Assembly (NCBI GenBank): GCA_023380305.1
Contig: JAMCQZ010000006.1
Span: 1-58,281 of the forward strand
DNA from: Patescibacteria group bacterium
GTDB taxonomy: Bacteria; Patescibacteriota; Minisyncoccia; UBA6257; Colwellbacteraceae
Reading direction: 5' to 3'
Length of the DNA: 58,281 nt
Below are positions 38,910 through 48,314 of the stretch, piece by piece. Positions within the stretch are counted from its first letter, which is position 1, and every line of letters begins with the position of its first letter. The position numbers and the translations under genes are program-made. Under the pieces are notes generated by a model that was not told the origin of the DNA, made no database searches, and saw only the letters and a list, made by a program, of their open reading frames with translations.

Positions 38910-39281
38910 ATGCGTTACGCGCGCGTTTCAGAGGCCCTAAAGGAATTGCGGCGACTCGGCGGGGTGGAGGAGCTCCAGAGAGCCCTTTATCCCCAGGAGC
39001 GACTGGAGCTTCTGGTGAAGTATCTGCCACAGATCCGCGGCTGGCCTCCGTTTCCAGCGAGGGAATTGGTCTTTCGTCTCCAGCGCGACGAGAAAGTCGA
39101 CATGGGTGTGTGTTCTTTCTACAGCTTAAGCGACGACAAAGAGGATGAAGAGCAGTATTGCCTCCATGGAGGAGGCAAGGTGTCTTGCCTTTGTCCTCAG
39201 CCGTGGCAAGGGCTCTGCGTCATCCGGGACGCGGACAGACAGATGATGATGATGTCTTTCGGCCCGAGCGTCGAAGCTTGA
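38910..39281 (+). CDS. Orphan hypothetical protein with a Cys-rich C-terminus
   Basis: GGAGGTG Shine-Dalgarno site upstream, TTGACC-N18-TATTTT promoter-like site, and its own terminator. Confidence 0.65.
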   Translation: MRYARVSEALKELRRLGGVEELQRALYPQERLELLVKYLPQIRGWPPFPARELVFRLQRDEKVDMGVCSFYSLSDDKEDEEQYCLHGGGKVSCLCPQPWQGLCVIRDADRQMMMMSFGPSVEA

Positions 39282-39286
39282 GCCGG

Positions 39287-39322
39287 GCCGCGGAGCGAAT
39301 TTCGCTTCGCGGCTTTTATTTT
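39287..39322 (+). terminator. Intrinsic terminator
   Basis: GCCGCGGAGCGA-att-TCGCTTCGCGGC followed by TTTTATTTT. Confidence 0.8.
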
Positions 39323-39345
39323 ATGCTATAATTTTTCAAAGAATC

Positions 39346-39573
39346 ATGTCCGAAAAAATAAAAAAACTATATAGGTCGAGGACCAACCGGATGATCTTCG
39401 GAGTCTGCGGGGGCCTCGGGGAATATTTTGAAATTGATCCGGTTGTTTTCCGCCTGCTTTTCGTCGCGCTCGCCTTTGCCGGCAGCGGAGTTCCAATTTA
39501 TCTGGTTGCGGCGGTTATCATGCCTTTGAATCCTCGAGAGCGCGAGCGTTCGAGCCCGGCCGAGGAAGGATAA
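39346..39573 (+). CDS. pspC: PspC domain protein
   Basis: KKLYRSRTNRMIFGVCGGLGEYFEIDPVVFRL...YLVAAVIMP. Confidence 0.9.
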   Translation: MSEKIKKLYRSRTNRMIFGVCGGLGEYFEIDPVVFRLLFVALAFAGSGVPIYLVAAVIMPLNPRERERSSPAEEG

Positions 39574-39609
39574 GAAAAATCAGTTTACCGGTTGAAAGCT
39601 GTAACAGAA

Positions 39610-39637
39610 TGCGCCTCGGATTGCTCCGGGGCGCTTT
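39610..39637. terminator. Hairpin between convergent genes
   Basis: GCGCCTCGGA-ttgc-TCCGGGGCGC-TTTC. Confidence 0.6.
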
Positions 39638-39653
39638 CAAAAGAACTTTCGGG

Positions 39654-40160
39654 TTATTCGATCCGTTCGACGACGATCTCCGCCGGCGGTTGTCTCGGAT
39701 CCCAGTAAAGATGGCGGGTTTCTCCGATTTCCATGCCCATCAATACCTTGCTAAGCGGCGCGTGGACGTTGACCTTCCGGGGTTCGTCGCGCGTTTTGTC
39801 TTCCATCGGGTCGTGCCATTCGCCGCAAAGAATCACCTTGAAGATCTGTCCGGGATAACGATGGTCGCGATAGCTGACGCAATGGCCTATGGCGGCCACC
39901 TTCGTCTGAGTCGGCTTTTCGACGATAATCGCTCTCTGACTAAGATCGTTCAGGAAACCGAGAGTGTCTCGATTCGCGGCCTGTTTGGCGAGCTGGGCCC
40001 CGGCGTCAATGGCATTTTCGTCGCCGCAGGGCGGCAGCCAGAGCACGTCTTTGAGACCTCGTTGCAAGTTTTCTCGCTGAGTCTCTTCTTGTCTGATGGC
40101 TTTCGGCAGGGCCTTGAAATCTTCGGCTAACAATCGGGGCGTTTCAGACATCCGGATCAT
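39654..40160 (-). CDS. Divergent GreA/GreB-like paralog
   Basis: Coiled coil with tip CGDENAID (greA has GDLSENAEY); C-terminal VNVHAPLSKVLMGMEIGE (greA has ISNESPLGRALLGKKVGD); AAGGAGG Shine-Dalgarno site. Confidence 0.6.
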   Translation of the reverse strand: MIRMSETPRLLAEDFKALPKAIRQEETQRENLQRGLKDVLWLPPCGDENAIDAGAQLAKQAANRDTLGFLNDLSQRAIIVEKPTQTKVAAIGHCVSYRDHRYPGQIFKVILCGEWHDPMEDKTRDEPRKVNVHAPLSKVLMGMEIGETRHLYWDPRQPPAEIVVERIE

Positions 40161-40280
40161 ACAGAAACCTCCTTCATAAATTGTGTGGACCAGGGTTTTA
40201 AATTAGCACTTTAAGGGCCTTTTGGCAAGTTTCATTTGGATTTGGGGCTTTGGAAAATCGGGATTAGAATTAGATTATCT

Positions 40281-41537
40281 ATGAAGAACAACCCGCTTGA
40301 AAGCGCCAAACAGCAATTGCTTGATATAGCCAAAATCCTTGAGCTTGATAAAAAAACCGTTGACCGTTTACTGAAGATCGAAAATCTGGTTTCCGGAGAA
40401 ATTTCCGTGAAGCTCGACAACGGCAGAATCCAGAAGTTCAAGGCTTGGAGAAGCCAGCATAACAGCGCCTGCGGTCCTTACAAGGGCGGAATCAGGTTTC
40501 ACGAAGGAGTGACCGTGGAAGAAGTGCAGGCGCTTTCGATGTGGATGACTTGGAAGACGGCGGTTGTCGGCATTCCTTACGGCGGCGGCAAGGGTGGTGT
40601 GGTCGTCAATCCTAAAAATCTTTCGAAATCGGAATTGCAAAGATTGAGCCGCGCCTATATCAAATTGATTGCCGAACATATCGGTAGCGACAAAGACATT
40701 CCGGCGCCGGATGTGAACACCAACGCCGAAATCATGGGATGGATGCTCGACGAATACGAAAAAATCGTCGGTCGCAAGGAACCGGGCGTGCTCACCGGGA
40801 AGCCTTTGGAACTTGGAGGCTCGAAGGGCCGCACCGAAGCCACGGGTTTGGGTGGTTCGTATGTTCTCGATTCGTTCGTCAAAAAACTGAAGAAGCAGAA
40901 GAAGAACGTTTCGATCGCCGTCCAGGGTTTCGGAAACGTCGGCTCGTATTTCGCCAAATTCGCTTATAAAAACGGCTATAAGATTGTGGCGGTCTCCGAC
41001 AGCAAAAACACTCTTTATAACGAAAAGGGATTGAACATAGACAAGGCTTTCGATTATAAAGCGGCGAACGATACTTTTAAGGGGTTTCCCGGGGGCAAGC
41101 TTTTGCCTGCGGAAGCAGTTTTAAGCCTCAATGTCGACATTTTGGTTCCGGCGGCTCTCGAGAACGCCGTCAACGAGGAAAACGTTTCGAAAATCAACGC
41201 GAGGCACATCTTGGAAATGGCGAATGGCCCGGTGACTCCTAGAGCCGAAGAGGTTTTAACCGCCAAAAAGATTTTGATTCTTCCGGATGTCTTGGCGAAC
41301 GCCGGCGGCGTGGTTGTTTCTTATTTCGAATGGGTGCAGAATCTCCAGAATTATTATTGGGAAAAAGAAGAGGTTTATGCGAAACTGAAAAAACTGATGG
41401 ACAAGGCTTTCGCTTCGGTCTGGTCCGAGTTTGAAAGACTTTCGAAGGTTTCGAAAAAATCGACTCTGAGGCAGGCGGCTTATTCCCTGGCCGTCCAAAA
41501 AGTCGTCGGAGCGATGAAGGCGCGTGGTGAAAATTAA
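40281..41537 (+). CDS. gdhA: Glu/Leu/Phe/Val dehydrogenase (glutamate dehydrogenase)
   Basis: GPYKGGIRF, MTWK, GGGKGG, DIPAPDV, GRTEATG, QGFGNVG, EMANGP, NAGGVVVSYFEWVQN. Start reassigned to 40281. Confidence 0.93.
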   Translation: MKNNPLESAKQQLLDIAKILELDKKTVDRLLKIENLVSGEISVKLDNGRIQKFKAWRSQHNSACGPYKGGIRFHEGVTVEEVQALSMWMTWKTAVVGIPYGGGKGGVVVNPKNLSKSELQRLSRAYIKLIAEHIGSDKDIPAPDVNTNAEIMGWMLDEYEKIVGRKEPGVLTGKPLELGGSKGRTEATGLGGSYVLDSFVKKLKKQKKNVSIAVQGFGNVGSYFAKFAYKNGYKIVAVSDSKNTLYNEKGLNIDKAFDYKAANDTFKGFPGGKLLPAEAVLSLNVDILVPAALENAVNEENVSKINARHILEMANGPVTPRAEEVLTAKKILILPDVLANAGGVVVSYFEWVQNLQNYYWEKEEVYAKLKKLMDKAFASVWSEFERLSKVSKKSTLRQAAYSLAVQKVVGAMKARGEN

Positions 41538-41548
41538 TCCGCTAGATT

Positions 41549-42505
41549 ATGTTGATTAAAAAACGCATCGCGGTTCTGATGGGAGGGCCGTCTTCCGAGC
41601 ACGATGTTTCTTTGTCGAGCGGCAAAACCGTGGCCAAGTTTTTGGATCGGAGAAAGTATGAGGTCTTTCCGGTAATAATAGACAGGCGCGGGCGATGGGG
41701 GACGGAGGCACATGAATTAAAAGAGCTGGTTGATCTCGCTTTTATCGCCATGCATGGCGAGTACGGCGAAGACGGAACAATCCAAATGATTCTCGAAGAG
41801 GCCGGTCTTCCCTATACCGGGAGCGGTCCGGCTTCAAGCGCCCTCGGCATGAACAAGATTCTTTCCGAGAGGGTTTTTAAAACCGCCGGGTTGAACACTC
41901 CTGAATCCATTTCGATCCAGCATCTCGGGGATTTAAAAAACCTGCGGATAGATCTCGATTGGCCGGTAGTCGTAAAGCCCGCTGACAAAGGATCGTCGGT
42001 AGGCGTAGCCGTTGTCAGAAATCCGGACGAGCTTTATCCGGCCCTGGAACAGGCTTTTGCTTTCAGCCGCAACATTATGATCCAGGAGTTTATCAAGGGC
42101 AGAGAATTGACCTGCGGCGTTATCGATGACGGATTGGAAAACAGCCGGGCTTTGGCGCCGACGGAAATCGCTCCGAAAACATCCGACTTTTTCGATTACG
42201 ACGCCAAATACGTCCCGGGCGCCTCCGAAGAGACGACGCCGGCGAGACTGCCGATAGATTTCATCCAGCTCATCCAAAAGACGGCTCTTGCGGCGCACCG
42301 GGCGATCGGCGCCTCCGGTTTTTCTCGAACGGACATGATTTTGTCCCCATACGGCAAATTGTATATATTAGAGGTGAACACCATTCCGGGGATGACGCCG
42401 ACAAGCCTTTTGCCTCAAGGGGCTTGGGCTTCGGGCCTGAATTTTCCGGAATTTTTGGACAACATAATCCAGGCGGCTTTCCGAAAACATGGCATCTCCG
42501 ATTGA
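41549..42505 (+). CDS. ddl: D-alanine--D-alanine ligase
   Basis: GGPSSEHDVSLSSG, MHGEYGEDG, GSSVG, FDYDAKY, EVNTIPGMTPTSLLP. Confidence 0.96.
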   Translation: MLIKKRIAVLMGGPSSEHDVSLSSGKTVAKFLDRRKYEVFPVIIDRRGRWGTEAHELKELVDLAFIAMHGEYGEDGTIQMILEEAGLPYTGSGPASSALGMNKILSERVFKTAGLNTPESISIQHLGDLKNLRIDLDWPVVVKPADKGSSVGVAVVRNPDELYPALEQAFAFSRNIMIQEFIKGRELTCGVIDDGLENSRALAPTEIAPKTSDFFDYDAKYVPGASEETTPARLPIDFIQLIQKTALAAHRAIGASGFSRTDMILSPYGKLYILEVNTIPGMTPTSLLPQGAWASGLNFPEFLDNIIQAAFRKHGISD

Positions 42506-44255
42506 AGAAATAAAATCAAGGCTTGATCTCGTCGGTTTTCTCCGGGGCTACCTCGACTTAAAGCCGGCCGGCAGGAATTTGAAGGCGAGTTGTCCGTTCC
42601 ACAAAGAGCGGACGCCGTCTTTTATGGTTTCGCCGGAAAGGCAGATCTGGCATTGCTTCGGCTGCAACGAGGGCGGGGATATTTTTAAGTTTTTGATGAA
42701 ATATGAAAACCTGGAATTTTACGAGGCGCTCCAGGTTTTAGCCGAGAAGGCCGGCATCGAGCTCCGGCGCGTGAGCCCGGCCGATCAACGGGAATTCGGC
42801 GTACTTTACGATATCAGCCGGATTTCCATGGAGTTTTATCAAAAAAACCTTGAAGCATCAGAGGTCGGTCGGGGTTATCTTCAAAAAAGGGGCGTCGTCT
42901 CCGAAAGTATAGAGAATTTCGGCATCGGATTCGCGAGCCAAAGCTTTGAGGATCTGACCCTGCATCTCATCAATGTCGGCTTCGACGTCAAAGACCTGGT
43001 GCGTTCCGGAATGACCGTGAGGAGCGAAAAAGGAAAATATTTTGACCGCTTTCGCGGCCGAATCATGTTCCCGCTTTTCAATAATTTCGGAAAGCCCGTC
43101 GGTTTTTCCGGCCGGATTTTGCCGAATTACGAGACCGAGGAAACGGCCAAGTATTTGAATTCCCCGGAGACGCCGATTTTTTCCAAATCGAAGATTCTTT
43201 ATGGATTGGTCCAGGGGAAAGAGGCGATCCGTGACGCGGGTTTTACGCTGATCGTCGAGGGGATGATGGACGTGATCGCGAGTCATCAAGACGGGGTCAA
43301 AAACACGATCGGCATTTCGGGAACGGCGTTAACCATTGATCAGTTGAGGGTGCTTCATCGCCACACGAACAAATTGGTTTTGAATCTCGACAACGACGCC
43401 GCTGGAAAGCAGGCGACCGAACGGAGCATCGATCTTGGCCTTGAAAACGATTTCGAGGTGCGAGTGCTCGATCTCGGCGGAATCGCCGCGGGAAAAGGGC
43501 TGCAGATCAAGGACGCGGCCGATCTCGTTCTTTTAAAGCCGGGGCTTTTGAAAGATCTTGCCGGTCAGAGCGTCGGCGGCATGGAATATTATTGCAGGGA
43601 ATTCTTGAAGGACGGCGATATCAGCGACCGCAAACAGGGCATCAGGATGGCGCTTCAAAAAGTGAGGAAGATTTCAAGCGCCATCGAAAGAGACCATTGG
43701 TTGAAACAGGTGGCCGATCGCACTGGTATCCGCGAATCCAGCCTGCGGGAGGAGATGGAAAAACTCGGAACAACAGGTCCGGAGGCCGTCAAAAAAGTTG
43801 ACATACCCGTCGATTTACGGGATATTAAATTATCAAGGCGGGAGCTGATTGCCGAACGATTGCTCGGTTGTTTCTCCGGAGACAGCGCCTCGAAGGAGCG
43901 CGTGGAAAAGGTCAAGGAGTTTCTCCCGCAAAAGTATCTCGAGGTGTATTACTGCCTTGCCGAAGGCAAACAGCCGGAGAGTGAGGATTTCGCCAGCCTT
44001 GCCAATCTGATCAATCTGCGTTCCGGGCTCGGCGAAACCGACGCGGCCGGAATTTCCAGGGAGGAAGAAATGGAAGAACTCGGCAGAAACCTGGAAATGG
44101 AATTTTGGATGGAAAAACGCGACAGCCTAAAGAAGCTGATCCAGGCTTCGGGAGGTGATCCGGACGAGAAAACCCTCGGATATATCAAAGATTTTCAGGA
44201 CATCACGGCGAAAATAGAAGCCCTAAGGGCCAAAAAAATTCTTTATAATGGCTAA
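42489..44255 (+). CDS. dnaG: DNA primase
   Basis: [47 protein letters not shown] and DND.AG. Confidence 0.97.
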   Translation: MASPIEEIKSRLDLVGFLRGYLDLKPAGRNLKASCPFHKERTPSFMVSPERQIWHCFGCNEGGDIFKFLMKYENLEFYEALQVLAEKAGIELRRVSPADQREFGVLYDISRISMEFYQKNLEASEVGRGYLQKRGVVSESIENFGIGFASQSFEDLTLHLINVGFDVKDLVRSGMTVRSEKGKYFDRFRGRIMFPLFNNFGKPVGFSGRILPNYETEETAKYLNSPETPIFSKSKILYGLVQGKEAIRDAGFTLIVEGMMDVIASHQDGVKNTIGISGTALTIDQLRVLHRHTNKLVLNLDNDAAGKQATERSIDLGLENDFEVRVLDLGGIAAGKGLQIKDAADLVLLKPGLLKDLAGQSVGGMEYYCREFLKDGDISDRKQGIRMALQKVRKISSAIERDHWLKQVADRTGIRESSLREEMEKLGTTGPEAVKKVDIPVDLRDIKLSRRELIAERLLGCFSGDSASKERVEKVKEFLPQKYLEVYYCLAEGKQPESEDFASLANLINLRSGLGETDAAGISREEEMEELGRNLEMEFWMEKRDSLKKLIQASGGDPDEKTLGYIKDFQDITAKIEALRAKKILYNG

Positions 44256-45516
44256 AGACAAAAAAAAGAAAAAAGCGCGAAAACCGGCGACCAAGGCGCG
44301 GAAACCGGCAAAGAAGCGGTTGGCGCGCAAGCCGGTTAAACCGCGGAAACCGAAGAAAGCAGCCAGACCAAAAGCCGCGAAAAAGATCTCGAAGAAAGCC
44401 GTCAAACCGGCGAAAAAAACGGCGGTCGCGGAAAAGCCGCGCAAATTCAAATTCGATCCGGCGATCCTCGACGAGCTGCTTACCCAAGGCAAAGCCAAAG
44501 GATTTGTGACCGATCTTGAGATTTTGAAATTTTTCCCGAGAATCGAGGCGGACGTTCCTTTCCTGGAGCACATTTACGACCGTATTGAAGAAGCCGGATT
44601 GCGCGTTATCGACGTCGGCAACTTGATTGAGCTTCCAGGAGACGAGATCACCCAAAAAGAGCTTGAGGATGCGACCTTGATCACCGGCGAGCTTCCGGAC
44701 AACGTCCAGATCTATTTGAAAGAAATAGGCAAAACCCCGCTTTTAACGACTCTTGAAGAAAGGGAAATCGCCAAAAAAGTGGCTCATGGGGACGAAGAAG
44801 CCAGGCAGAAACTTATTAAGGCCAACTTGAGGCTCGTGGTTTCCATCGCCAAGCGTTACGTCAACCGGAGTCCCCAGCTCGGTATCCTCGATCTTATCCA
44901 GGAAGGGAACCTCGGACTTTTCCGGGCGGTCCAGAAATTCGATTATCGTAAAGGATTCAAATTTTCGACCTACGCCACCTGGTGGATCAGGCAGGCGATC
45001 ACCCGCGCCTTGGCCGATCATTCACGCACCATCAGAATTCCGGTCCACATGGTGGAGACAATTTCCAAATACACCCAGGCGAGACGAAAATTGATGCAGG
45101 AGCTTGGCCGCGAGCCGTTGGCCGAAGAGGTGGCCATCGAAATGGGCGTAAGCGTGGATAAAATTCGTCATATCCAGAAGATTTCCCAAGAAGTGATTTC
45201 GCTCGAATCCCCGGTCGGAGAGGAGGAGGATTCGACTCTTTCGGAATTTATCGAGGACGAGAAGACCCTTTCTCCTTCACAGGTGGTTTCGCGCGAGCTT
45301 TTGAAAGACCAGATCAGGGAGGTTTTGAACGATCTGACCGAAAGGGAACGGAAGATTTTGGAGCTGAGGTTTGGCTTGAGCGACAACAATCCGCACACCT
45401 TGGAAGAGGTCGGGAAGATTTTCGGTGTTACCAGGGAGCGCATCAGGCAAATCGAAGCCAAAGCTTTGGAAAAAATCAGGCAGCATCAGAAGTCCGTCAA
45501 GTTCGGGGAATACTAA
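44248..45516 (+). CDS. rpoD: Primary sigma70 factor with a Lys/Ala/Pro-rich N-terminal tail
   Basis: [57 protein letters not shown]; dnaG-rpoD order. Confidence 0.96.
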   Translation: MAKDKKKKKARKPATKARKPAKKRLARKPVKPRKPKKAARPKAAKKISKKAVKPAKKTAVAEKPRKFKFDPAILDELLTQGKAKGFVTDLEILKFFPRIEADVPFLEHIYDRIEEAGLRVIDVGNLIELPGDEITQKELEDATLITGELPDNVQIYLKEIGKTPLLTTLEEREIAKKVAHGDEEARQKLIKANLRLVVSIAKRYVNRSPQLGILDLIQEGNLGLFRAVQKFDYRKGFKFSTYATWWIRQAITRALADHSRTIRIPVHMVETISKYTQARRKLMQELGREPLAEEVAIEMGVSVDKIRHIQKISQEVISLESPVGEEEDSTLSEFIEDEKTLSPSQVVSRELLKDQIREVLNDLTERERKILELRFGLSDNNPHTLEEVGKIFGVTRERIRQIEAKALEKIRQHQKSVKFGEY

Positions 45517-45517
45517 C

Positions 45518-47368
45518 ATGTTGTCCGCCGACGAGATCAGAAAAAAATATCTGGATTTTTTTAAGGAAAGGGGACATGCCGTCATTCCTTCGGCTTCCCT
45601 AATTCCCGAAAACGACTCAACCCTGCTTTTTACGAATTCGGGTATGTTCCCGCTCGTGCCTTATCTCGCCGGAGAAAAACACCCGGCCGGGAAAAGGCTC
45701 GTGGATTCCCAGAAATGCTTCCGGGCCGAGGACATCGAGGAGATCGGGGACAGTCGGCACGACACTTTCTTTGAGATGCTCGGCAACTGGTCTTTGGGAG
45801 ACTATTTCAAAAAAGAACAGCTTAATTGGTGGTACGAGTTTCTGATCGAGGAGCTCAAGCTTGATCCGAATAGGCTTTACCAAACCGTCTACGCCGGCGA
45901 TCCCAAGATCGGCCTGGAAAAAGACGACGAAGCTATCGCCATCATCAAAGATGTTTTCAAGAAATACGGTCTTGAATCCGGAGAAGGTCCGGCGACGACT
46001 GGCAAGGGAGATTTGGGGTCGGGCGAAGAGATTGATTTCGACCGAGATCGCGTTTTCGCTTACCGCGACAAAAATTGGTGGCAGCGAGGGGACGCCTTGG
46101 GCGAATTGGGCGGCCCGGACTCCGAGACTTTTTACGACACCGGAAAAGCGCACGATCCGAAATTCGGGAAGTATTGCCATCTTAACTGCGACTGCGGCCG
46201 GTTTTTGGAGATCGGCAATTCGGTTTTCATGCAGTTCGAAAAAACCGTGGAGGGTTGGAAACCGCTTCAAAACAAAAACGTCGATTTCGGCGGAGGATTG
46301 GAAAGGATCGCCATGGTGGCAAACAGCCTTGGAAATATTTTCGAGTCTGAGCTTTTCGCGCCGATCATCGAAGAGATCGAGGGCTTGTCCGGCAAAAAGT
46401 ATGCCGATAACCGCCGGGCCTTCGAGATTGTCGCCGATCATTTGAAAGCAGCCGTCTTTATCATGTCCGAGCCGGCCCGGGTCGGTCCTTCAAACAAGGA
46501 TCAGGGTTATGTCGTGCGGCGTTTGATCAGGCGGGCGGCGGTTTATGGTCGCGAGCTCGGCGTCGGCGACGGCGTTTGGATGAAACGGATTGCCGATATC
46601 GTCAGGAAAATTTACAAGGACGTTTATCCCGAGTTGAAAAATAATAGGGCCTTTGTCGACGAGGAGTTGGAAAAAGAGGAGGGGAAATTTATGAAAACTT
46701 TAGAAAAAGGTCTTAGGGAATTTTCAAAAATCGATCAGACGGACGGCGTCTCCGGCAAAGAAGCCTTCAATCTTTATCAAACCTTCGGTTTTCCCATCGA
46801 AATCATCGAGGAGCTTGCAGCTCAGAAAAACGTGAGCGTTGACAAGGGGGAATTCGAAAAAAAGATGAAAGAGCACCAGGAGCTGTCCCGGACAGCTTCG
46901 GCTGGAATGTTCAAGGGCGGATTGGCCGACCAGAGCGAGGCGACGACCAAGCTCCACACGGCCGCCCATTTGCTTTTGGCGGGACTCCGCAAAGTGCTCG
47001 GCGAGCACGTCGTCCAGAAAGGAAGCAACATCACTGCGGAAAGATTGAGATTCGATTTTTCCCATTCGGAGAAATTGACGGACGAGGAGATTAAGCAAGT
47101 CGAGGATTACGTGAACGAAGCCATCAAAGCGGACAAGCCGGTCGTTTGCGAAGAGATGGATTTGGAAAGCGCGAAAAAATCCGGCGCCATGGGCGTTTTC
47201 GACGATAAATACGGCAATAAAGTGAAGGTTTACGACATTTCGCCCTACAGCCGGGAGATTTGCGGCGGTCCCCACGTCGCTCGCACGGGAACTCTGGGGC
47301 AATTCAAAATCCAAAAAGAGGAATCCGCGGCGGCGGGAATTAGACGCATCAGGGCGGTTATTTTATAA
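45518..47368 (+). CDS. alaS: Alanine--tRNA ligase lacking the C-Ala domain
   Basis: LLFTNSGM, HDTFFEMLGNWSLGDYFK, DFGGGLER, editing motifs HTAAH and CGGPH. Ends at GIRRIRAVIL. Start reassigned to 45518. Confidence 0.95.
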   Translation: MLSADEIRKKYLDFFKERGHAVIPSASLIPENDSTLLFTNSGMFPLVPYLAGEKHPAGKRLVDSQKCFRAEDIEEIGDSRHDTFFEMLGNWSLGDYFKKEQLNWWYEFLIEELKLDPNRLYQTVYAGDPKIGLEKDDEAIAIIKDVFKKYGLESGEGPATTGKGDLGSGEEIDFDRDRVFAYRDKNWWQRGDALGELGGPDSETFYDTGKAHDPKFGKYCHLNCDCGRFLEIGNSVFMQFEKTVEGWKPLQNKNVDFGGGLERIAMVANSLGNIFESELFAPIIEEIEGLSGKKYADNRRAFEIVADHLKAAVFIMSEPARVGPSNKDQGYVVRRLIRRAAVYGRELGVGDGVWMKRIADIVRKIYKDVYPELKNNRAFVDEELEKEEGKFMKTLEKGLREFSKIDQTDGVSGKEAFNLYQTFGFPIEIIEELAAQKNVSVDKGEFEKKMKEHQELSRTASAGMFKGGLADQSEATTKLHTAAHLLLAGLRKVLGEHVVQKGSNITAERLRFDFSHSEKLTDEEIKQVEDYVNEAIKADKPVVCEEMDLESAKKSGAMGVFDDKYGNKVKVYDISPYSREICGGPHVARTGTLGQFKIQKEESAAAGIRRIRAVIL

Positions 47369-47375
47369 TTCAGTC

Positions 47376-48314
47376 GTGGAGACTGAATTCATAGAGATAT
47401 CTGACGGAAAGTATATAGTAGTCGCGCCGGCCTCCTTGAGTTTAACGGTCTACACGCGGGTCATCGAGGAGCGTGAACGGCCGCGCGAAGAGATAAGCGA
47501 GGCTGAGCTTTCTAATATAGTCTCCCAGGCGATTTGGAAAGTATTCGACAAGGAACGAACGCCGGCGAGTTTCCGGCTCGGCGTTCCCGAAATAGACGTT
47601 TTATTGACCGACGCCCGTATTGTTTCGGCGCGGGTGGACGGATCCAAAGTGCTAAATCCGATCGGTTTTCCGGCGAAAAAGATCGAAGTGGGGGTTTCGG
47701 AAACCTTGGCAAGCCGAGAGGCTTTCCAAAAAATTCAAAAAGGGTTGCCGAAAAACGGGGAAATACTTTTTATCAGCGAGCCTACGGCGGTCAAGGCTCA
47801 TCTTTTGCATGAGGAGAGCCGTAATAAGAATTTTATTTTCGCAAACATTTTGAAGGACAAGACTTACGTCTGCGCCGTTAAGGAGAACGGCGACATCCTG
47901 CCGGCCGGGGATTTTGACTGGGGTCTCGACAATCTCCTGCAGGCTTTCCACGACGATCTTTTGATTTTCAAGGAGAGCGTCCCTGTCGTTCTGAATCGCT
48001 ACCTTCAAAACGACGCCTCGGCCGATTTTTTGAAAAAGTTCAAGCTCGTTTTTAACAAACATTTTTCCGTTTTCGGGAAGGGCGTGTCAGCGGCGAGCCA
48101 CAATGCTAAAATGGTTAAGCCGACGGTATTTATTATGTGCGACAAGATTGGCTCTTCGGCGAGGCCTTTCAGCCTTGTCGGGGGAGCGAAGTTTTCATTC
48201 CTGCCTCAGGAAAAAGCGGGCGACATCTTGAAGCGGGAATTCATCCAGTTTTCTTCGAATAAGAATTTTAATCGGTTCGCCCGACAACGCATCAAGTGGC
48301 TTAACCTGAATTAA
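47376..48314 (+). CDS. Divergent FtsA-like protein lacking the N-terminal phosphate loop
   Basis: RVDGSKVLNPIGFPAKKIEV resembles the FtsA 1C motif (IDxxxxxxNPxGxxGxRxE). GTG start. Confidence 0.5.
   Translation: METEFIEISDGKYIVVAPASLSLTVYTRVIEERERPREEISEAELSNIVSQAIWKVFDKERTPASFRLGVPEIDVLLTDARIVSARVDGSKVLNPIGFPAKKIEVGVSETLASREAFQKIQKGLPKNGEILFISEPTAVKAHLLHEESRNKNFIFANILKDKTYVCAVKENGDILPAGDFDWGLDNLLQAFHDDLLIFKESVPVVLNRYLQNDASADFLKKFKLVFNKHFSVFGKGVSAASHNAKMVKPTVFIMCDKIGSSARPFSLVGGAKFSFLPQEKAGDILKREFIQFSSNKNFNRFARQRIKWLNLN

Noticed and set aside
40203-40229. CIRCE-like half site TTAGCACT
   Set aside because: The second arm GAGTGCTAA is absent. No CIRCE is seen upstream of groES either.
40234-40278. 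Loose ~7-nt periodic TTGGA/TTAGA tract before gdhA
   Set aside because: Too degenerate to define a repeat unit; treated as low-complexity intergenic DNA.
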